A stretch of DNA of 32,000 bases from Nostoc punctiforme PCC 73102. Its GTDB lineage: Bacteria > Cyanobacteriota > Cyanobacteriia > Cyanobacteriales > Nostocaceae. Each line of letters begins with the position of its first letter. Positions within the stretch are counted from its first letter, which is position 1. A program made the translations under genes and the position numbers. The stretch is taken from contig NC_010628.1 in assembly GCF_000020025.1 (NCBI RefSeq), positions 7,230,001-7,262,000 of the forward strand. Reading direction: 5' to 3'. The notes under the pieces are model-generated. The model was not told the origin of the DNA, made no database searches, and worked only from the letters and a program-made list of their open reading frames with translations. This document shows positions 27,324 to 32,000 of this stretch, piece after piece.

Positions 27324-28384
27324 TTAATGCGGCTGTTCATTAACAACCCAATCTGTTAATTTAAAGTCCGACTTTGCTAAACCCTGCGAGACTAAAAATT
27401 TCTTCGTCCCCTCTAAAAGTTTCACTCCCTCGGCTGGTAATGGTTCTTCTGATACCTGTTTGAGTGGGAACGATACTTTTATAATATCGATGGGATATTT
27501 AGTAATTTGAGCATGATACTGATAATCTTCTTCAGAATTAGCTTTTAAATCCTTCGCTGCTTCTGTCATGTCAGAATTGCATTAAATTTTTCTGGGAAAT
27601 CAGGCTGTTTCACCAGAAAACTTTCAGTTGCGACAACTAATGATGTCCCTGATAGACCCTGATGATTTGCAGAAGAATCAATCACTGGAAACCCTTGCGA
27701 TTTCAAATAAGGCCCCATATCGCTAGACGTTGCATAAGCTGCTACATCACCACGTTCTAAAGCCGCTTTTGCCTCAGTAGTCATCAAGTGGACAACTTTT
27801 ACATCTTTGGCAATTTTAGCTTCAGCTAATAGACCCAGCAGGTATCTATGCATATAAGAACCTTTTTTAGTAGCTATTTTTTGACCCTTAAGTTCAGCAA
27901 GCGATCGCGGCCCATTTTTTTTCGCCACCAACCAGGCGGTTGTATTAAATTGGCTAATCCTTAACAACCGGGTTTCCTGACCCCTAGCTTTCAAAACTAT
28001 GGCTGGTGTATCCCCTAAAGAACCAACATCTAATTGTCCAGCGACAAGCGCCTCATTTAGATTCGGCCCATTAGGAAACCTTGCAAAAGTAATGTTTTTA
28101 AATCCTGCTTTTTGCAACTCACGATCTAAAATTCCTTTTTTCTTGGCCCAACCCAGCGATCCTGTAGGTTCTGAATTACCTACATAACCTATTCGTAGGG
28201 TAGAAATGTTGTTAGATGCAACAGCATTATTCACATTAATAGCCTCAATGGATTGAGCAGATTTAGTTTTGTCTTGGCTACACGCTGTAGTTAGTAGCAG
28301 TAGAATACAAGCCACTGAGGTTGATAATCTGGAAGTAAATTTATTTTTACTGATAGAACCTGTTCCTACTTTGAACGACAGCAT
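27324..28384 (-). pseudogene. SsuA/NMT1-type substrate-binding lipoprotein, copy 4, split by a frameshift at ~27566-27569
   Basis: ORFs 27566..28471 and 27324..27569 are colinear with one paralog: ...FLVKQPDFPEKFNAILT|TEAAKDLKANSEE... versus ...FAKEHPEVLKIFLEELTKADEWSKKNPDK.... The junction is ACATGACAG. The likely start is the ATG at 28384 (MLSFKVG..., lipobox TTAC). The upstream part of the ORF-track frame runs through a repeat element. Confidence 0.6.
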
Positions 28385-28430
28385 GACTTTTTTCTCCGCC
28401 GTACTATACGCCGTGTGTAACTTTCTCTCA

Positions 28431-28672
28431 GACCTAACCCCAACCCCTTCCCTACAAGGGAAGGGGAGCAAGAATCAAAGCCTCTCTACCTGTGCTGTGG
28501 GGGCTGCGGTGTATACACAAGTCTGAAATACCTGATGAATCTGGATTTTACCCCACCCTAACCCTCCCCTTGGAAACGGGAGGGAACTAGATTTCCTATT
28601 TCCCCCCTTTATAAGGGGGGATTAAGGGGGGTAATTCGAGTTGTGTAACACCGTAGCCCTGTGGGGGAGAGG
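28431..28672. repeat. Nest of miniature hairpin repeats
   Basis: The ccccttccct-aca-agggaagggg copy is at 28444-28466. Imperfect inverted repeats (ggctgcggtgtatacacaagtc / gagttgtgtaacaccgtagcc) flank two internal hairpins: ccctcccc..gggaggg and cccccctttataagggggg. Confidence 0.7.
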
Positions 28673-28713
28673 AATGGAAGCAGGTTTCTAAGGATAAGTT
28701 GCACATTGCATTA

Positions 28714-29043
28714 CTATTTCATCTGCTTCAGAATTTGGAATGTTTGATCCGCTTTTGCTGTTGATGTACGTTTGTGTCCCCAACCGATTTTTTCCCGATA
28801 ACTACCCAGTAGCCCAACTTGTGCCAATTCTGCCTCGTTGACTGAAGCCGTCACATCGCTTTCTGGTGCAACATAAAGAGCATCAACTGGACAATACAAT
28901 TCGCACATATAACAGGTTTGGCAGTCACTCTGTCGAGCAATGGTTGGCGGCGCATCAGCTATACGGTCAAACACGTTGGTTGGACAAATATTCACGCAGA
29001 TATTACATTTTATGCACCGCGATTCGCTGACCAACTCAATCAC
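28714..29043 (-). CDS. 2x[4Fe-4S] ferredoxin-type protein (109 aa)
   Basis: CIKCNICVNICP and CQTCYMCELYCP. The GTG start overlaps the upstream stop by 4 nt (GTGA). Confidence 0.85.
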   Translation of the reverse strand: MIELVSESRCIKCNICVNICPTNVFDRIADAPPTIARQSDCQTCYMCELYCPVDALYVAPESDVTASVNEAELAQVGLLGSYREKIGWGHKRTSTAKADQTFQILKQMK

Positions 29044-30662
29044 ACTGCTGCTCCTATTTTAGATAAAGGCTTTTCTGTACTTAGTGGCTGATTCTTCACC
29101 CAGACTCGATCTAATCCGCCACTAATCAGGTGATGTTGCAGGTTAGCATCAAGTTCTGGATAGTCTTGATGTTTGTGCATACCACGAGTTTCTTTACGTT
29201 CAATGGCACTGCTATACATCCATCGTGCTGTGGCTACCATTGCCGTAGCTTCTCGCGCCCGGATTAGCTCTTTATCTGATGTTACCTGGCTACTGCGGAG
29301 TTCTTGCCAAAGATAATTTAGCTTACCCAAAGACTCAGTTAAGCCTTGTTCTGTACGGAAATAGTTCTTTTCGTAAGGGAATACTTCGGCTTGGACTGCC
29401 TGAATAATTTCATCAGTTGCCAAGGTTTGAGAGCGATCGCTCCCACTCTGTAATCCTACCTCTCCAACACCCTTAACATGGCGTTTAGTTTTGTATTCTC
29501 CCAGACTGCGGCTATATTCGGCAGCCGATTTCCCCGACCAATAGCCAGAAGATATTGCCCAAGCCGCGTTGTGACTACCACCGCCAGTAAATCCGCCACA
29601 AATCAGTTCCCGTGTAGCGGCATCTCCAGCCGCATAGAGTCCCCGTACAGAACTGGCACAACTCTCATCTACAATCCGAATTCCACCCGTACCGTGCACA
29701 GTTCCTTCTAGGCGCAGAGTCACAGGAAAACGTTGAGTAAATGGATCGATACCTGCACGGTCAAAGGGTAAAAAGAAGTTGGGCTGTGCTAAACGCATAG
29801 ATGGCCGCATCGATTCTGCCGCTTTGTCTATGATGGCGTAAACTGGCTGTTGTAGTAATGTCTGAGCAATTACTGACCGTCTATGAGAACTTGCCCCCGG
29901 AATCACAGTACCGTCTTCGTAGGTGAAGGTTGCCCAATTATAAAACAGGGTTTTGGTGACTGAAGAAAAGGCGGGAGAGATGCCGTAAGCATTGGAAAAT
30001 TCCATACCCGACATCTCGGCTCCAGCTTCTGCCGCCATCAGATAACCATCCCCTGTCAGGACGTTGCATCCTAACGCTTTACTGAGAAACGCACAGCCAC
30101 CAGTTGCGATAATTGTGGACTGCGATCGCACTATCCATTTACTACCTGTCTGACGGTTCACACCTGTTGCACCAGCAACAGCATCATCGTCATCTACCAG
30201 TAGTTCTAAGGCGGGGCTGTTATCTAAAATCTTGACTCCTGCCCGTTGAATTTGTCGCCGCATCAGCCGCATATACTCAGGCCCTTGCAGCGATCGCCGG
30301 TAGGGTTTGCCTTCATCGTCGGTAGGGAAGGGATAACCCCACTCTGCTAACTGATTGACGTTTGCATAGGTCCGATCCAGTACTCGATCCATCCAATTGC
30401 GATCGGACAAAAACCCACCCAATGATTCCCGACTCGCCTTTGCAGTTTCTCGTGCTTCTGGATCGGGTGGCACATACCACACACCATTACCAGATGCCGC
30501 AGCACATCCAGTCGTACCACAGTATCCTTTGTCTACGAGGATAACTCTAGCTCCACTTGATGCAGCACTCCAAGCCGCCCAAGTTCCAGCTGGCCCGCCT
30601 CCAATCACAAGCACATCTGCTTCTAAGTCGAGTTCAAAATCGGTTGTTAACGTCTTCAGCAT
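29040..30662 (-). CDS. FAD-dependent oxidoreductase of the SdhA/FrdA/NadB/AprA flavoprotein superfamily (540 aa)
   Basis: N-terminal DVLVIGGGPAGTWAA dinucleotide fold. C-terminal ERKETRGMHKHQDYPE resembles the RxESRGxHxRxDYP motif of this superfamily. Confidence 0.8.
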   Translation of the reverse strand: MLKTLTTDFELDLEADVLVIGGGPAGTWAAWSAASSGARVILVDKGYCGTTGCAAASGNGVWYVPPDPEARETAKASRESLGGFLSDRNWMDRVLDRTYANVNQLAEWGYPFPTDDEGKPYRRSLQGPEYMRLMRRQIQRAGVKILDNSPALELLVDDDDAVAGATGVNRQTGSKWIVRSQSTIIATGGCAFLSKALGCNVLTGDGYLMAAEAGAEMSGMEFSNAYGISPAFSSVTKTLFYNWATFTYEDGTVIPGASSHRRSVIAQTLLQQPVYAIIDKAAESMRPSMRLAQPNFFLPFDRAGIDPFTQRFPVTLRLEGTVHGTGGIRIVDESCASSVRGLYAAGDAATRELICGGFTGGGSHNAAWAISSGYWSGKSAAEYSRSLGEYKTKRHVKGVGEVGLQSGSDRSQTLATDEIIQAVQAEVFPYEKNYFRTEQGLTESLGKLNYLWQELRSSQVTSDKELIRAREATAMVATARWMYSSAIERKETRGMHKHQDYPELDANLQHHLISGGLDRVWVKNQPLSTEKPLSKIGAAV

Positions 30663-30668
30663 TTACAA

Positions 30669-30717
30669 TTTTCCCCCATCGATAAAGTCTTAAGCATCAA
30701 GTTTTCACCCCATCGAT
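30669..30717 (-). promoter_or_regulatory. Direct repeat TTTTC(C/A)CCCCATCGAT x2, spaced 33 nt, immediately upstream of the flavoprotein start
   Basis: Copies at 30669-30683 and 30702-30717. The second contains the 8-bp palindrome catcgatg. gcatc (30693-30697) and gatgc (30715-30719) could pair. Confidence 0.3.
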
Positions 30718-30983
30718 GCTGCAAAATATTCAGAAATCTGTTTGCCCATTTACTTGAGGACTTCTCAGTAGCCTCGATTTATGGCTTTTTAAGCCAGACA
30801 AACTTAAATACTTTAACTCGATCAATAAACCGTAGTTTTTGACATAACAAAGCTTTTCACAGTTTGAGGTAAAAAGCAAGTATTTTAACAAATTCAAATG
30901 TAAATTTATCAAAACAGAATTTAGGAGTCAGAATGGATTCTGTACAACTAGCAGATAGCGAACCCGCGAATGGTAAAAATATT

Positions 30984-31994
30984 TTAAGAATCCTCATCCC
31001 TTTTAGAGTAGGGAGCCTCAACTAGTTTGTCGGCATTATTTGTTGAATTAGAGGATTTGGGATAGAAGCCACCTACCTCTGCCAAAGTATAAAGGGGTCT
31101 AGCTTTAACTTCTTCATAGATACGCCCTATATATTCGCCTAAGATGCCAACACTGACTAACTGCACAGATCCGAGAAAGAAAATTGCCATCAAAATAATC
31201 GTGAACCCAGTTAAAGGTGAATGGGGGAGAAAAAGCCGCCAATACAAGATTAATAAAGCCATGAAGATGGCTGCCGCCGCCGCTATTAAGCCTAAGTAAG
31301 TTGATAACCGCAGTGGCACTATTGAAAAGGATACTAGACCATTAATGGCAAGGGCCAAGGATTTGCTAAAAGTGTATTTAACTTCCCCAGCAAAGCGGGG
31401 ATCGCGCTCAAATCGAATTGCCGTTTGCTGAAAGCCAACCCAAGAACGCAGACCACGAATATAGCGGGTGCGTTCTGGCATAGAATTGAGAATATCTACG
31501 ATTTGTCGATCCATTAAACAAAAATCACCAGTATCAGTAGGAATATCTACATCTGCAAGCTTCTTGAGGAGGCGATAAAAGGAGTAGGCAGTAAAACGTT
31601 TAAACCATCCTTCCTTGAGGCGTTGAGTGCGTTGAGCGTAGACGACCTGATAGCCTTGTCGCCATTTTTCAATCATGTCTGGGATTAGTTCTGGCGGATC
31701 TTGTAAGTCAGCATCAAGGATGATAATAACTTGACCTCGAACAAAATTGAGACCGGCAGTAACTGCAATTTGATGACCAAAGTTACGAGCAAAGCTCAGG
31801 TAGCAAATGCGTGGGTCTTTTTGATGGAGTTCTCGCAGTAGTTGTAAGGAGCGATCGCGGCTACCATCATTGATTAAAATTAATTCGACAAGACCATCTA
31901 GCCGATTCATTACTGCACTTAGTCTGCGGTATAGTTCGGGTATAATTTCTTCTTCGTTATAAATTGGAACAATCAATGAATACTTTGGTAGCAT
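30984..31994 (-). CDS. Family 2 glycosyltransferase, polyprenyl-phosphate sugar transferase type (GtrB/ArnC/DPM1-like)
   Basis: [17 protein letters not shown] and DADLQDPPE (DxD), plus two C-terminal TM helices. Confidence 0.85.
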   Translation of the reverse strand: MLPKYSLIVPIYNEEEIIPELYRRLSAVMNRLDGLVELILINDGSRDRSLQLLRELHQKDPRICYLSFARNFGHQIAVTAGLNFVRGQVIIILDADLQDPPELIPDMIEKWRQGYQVVYAQRTQRLKEGWFKRFTAYSFYRLLKKLADVDIPTDTGDFCLMDRQIVDILNSMPERTRYIRGLRSWVGFQQTAIRFERDPRFAGEVKYTFSKSLALAINGLVSFSIVPLRLSTYLGLIAAAAAIFMALLILYWRLFLPHSPLTGFTIILMAIFFLGSVQLVSVGILGEYIGRIYEEVKARPLYTLAEVGGFYPKSSNSTNNADKLVEAPYSKRDEDS

Positions 31995-32000
31995 CTAGGA

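Noticed and set aside
28385-28471. N-terminal extension MLPFPCREGVGVRSERKL... of the ORF-track call 27566..28471
   Set aside because: The extension is a translation of the ccccttccct/agggaagggg hairpin repeat. The internal ATG at 28384 gives a normal lipoprotein signal peptide.
30730-30912. 60-aa ORF upstream of the flavoprotein gene
   Set aside because: It is AT-rich with a Leu/Lys/Asn-rich translation and no motif. It lies in a probable promoter region.
1-32000. tRNA, rRNA, tmRNA or riboswitch candidates
   Set aside because: I found no GGTTCGAATCC-type T-arm with a matching acceptor stem and no rRNA-like conserved blocks. The only ggttcg matches (23834, 27286) lie inside the dispersed repeat family.

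Overview
The window looks like a chromosomal segment from a Nostocales-type filamentous cyanobacterium. This call is an inference from sequence signatures only: many GCGATCGC (HIP1) sites, AATTCGT heptamer arrays, and several families of short dispersed hairpin repeats. I support about 24 protein-coding genes, 2 pseudogene fragments and many small repeats. I saw no rRNA, tRNA or CRISPR array. Genes from left to right: a small conserved hypothetical; thrS; a cupin; a secreted protein built from a 24-bp tandem repeat; a 1151-aa HEAT-repeat / TM / NACHT-type NTPase; an Rpn/DUF4351-type nuclease-like gene; an 841-aa fusion of a cNMP-binding domain, a degenerate sigma54-type AAA+ module and a polytopic Fe-S membrane domain; a short transaldolase/FSA-family gene; a CHASE2 Ser/Thr kinase; a small membrane protein; and an XRE HTH. 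Then 17.6-30.7 kb is a 13-kb block with every gene on the minus strand: four SsuA-type sulfonate-binding lipoproteins (one frameshifted), a TauD/TfdA dioxygenase, a SAM methyltransferase, two tandem Amidohydro_2 paralogs plus a remnant of a third, and a flavoprotein translationally coupled to a 2x[4Fe-4S] ferredoxin. No ABC permease or ATPase is present in that block. A GT2 glycosyltransferase closes the window. The best candidates for undescribed biology are (i) the transporter-less, sulfur-sparing organosulfur-like island, (ii) the HEAT-TM-NACHT protein with recently expanded repeats, and (iii) the cNMP / pseudo-sigma54-AAA+ / Fe-S membrane fusion in a phylum that lacks sigma54. All functional calls rest on motifs read by eye from the supplied translations. 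No database search was run.
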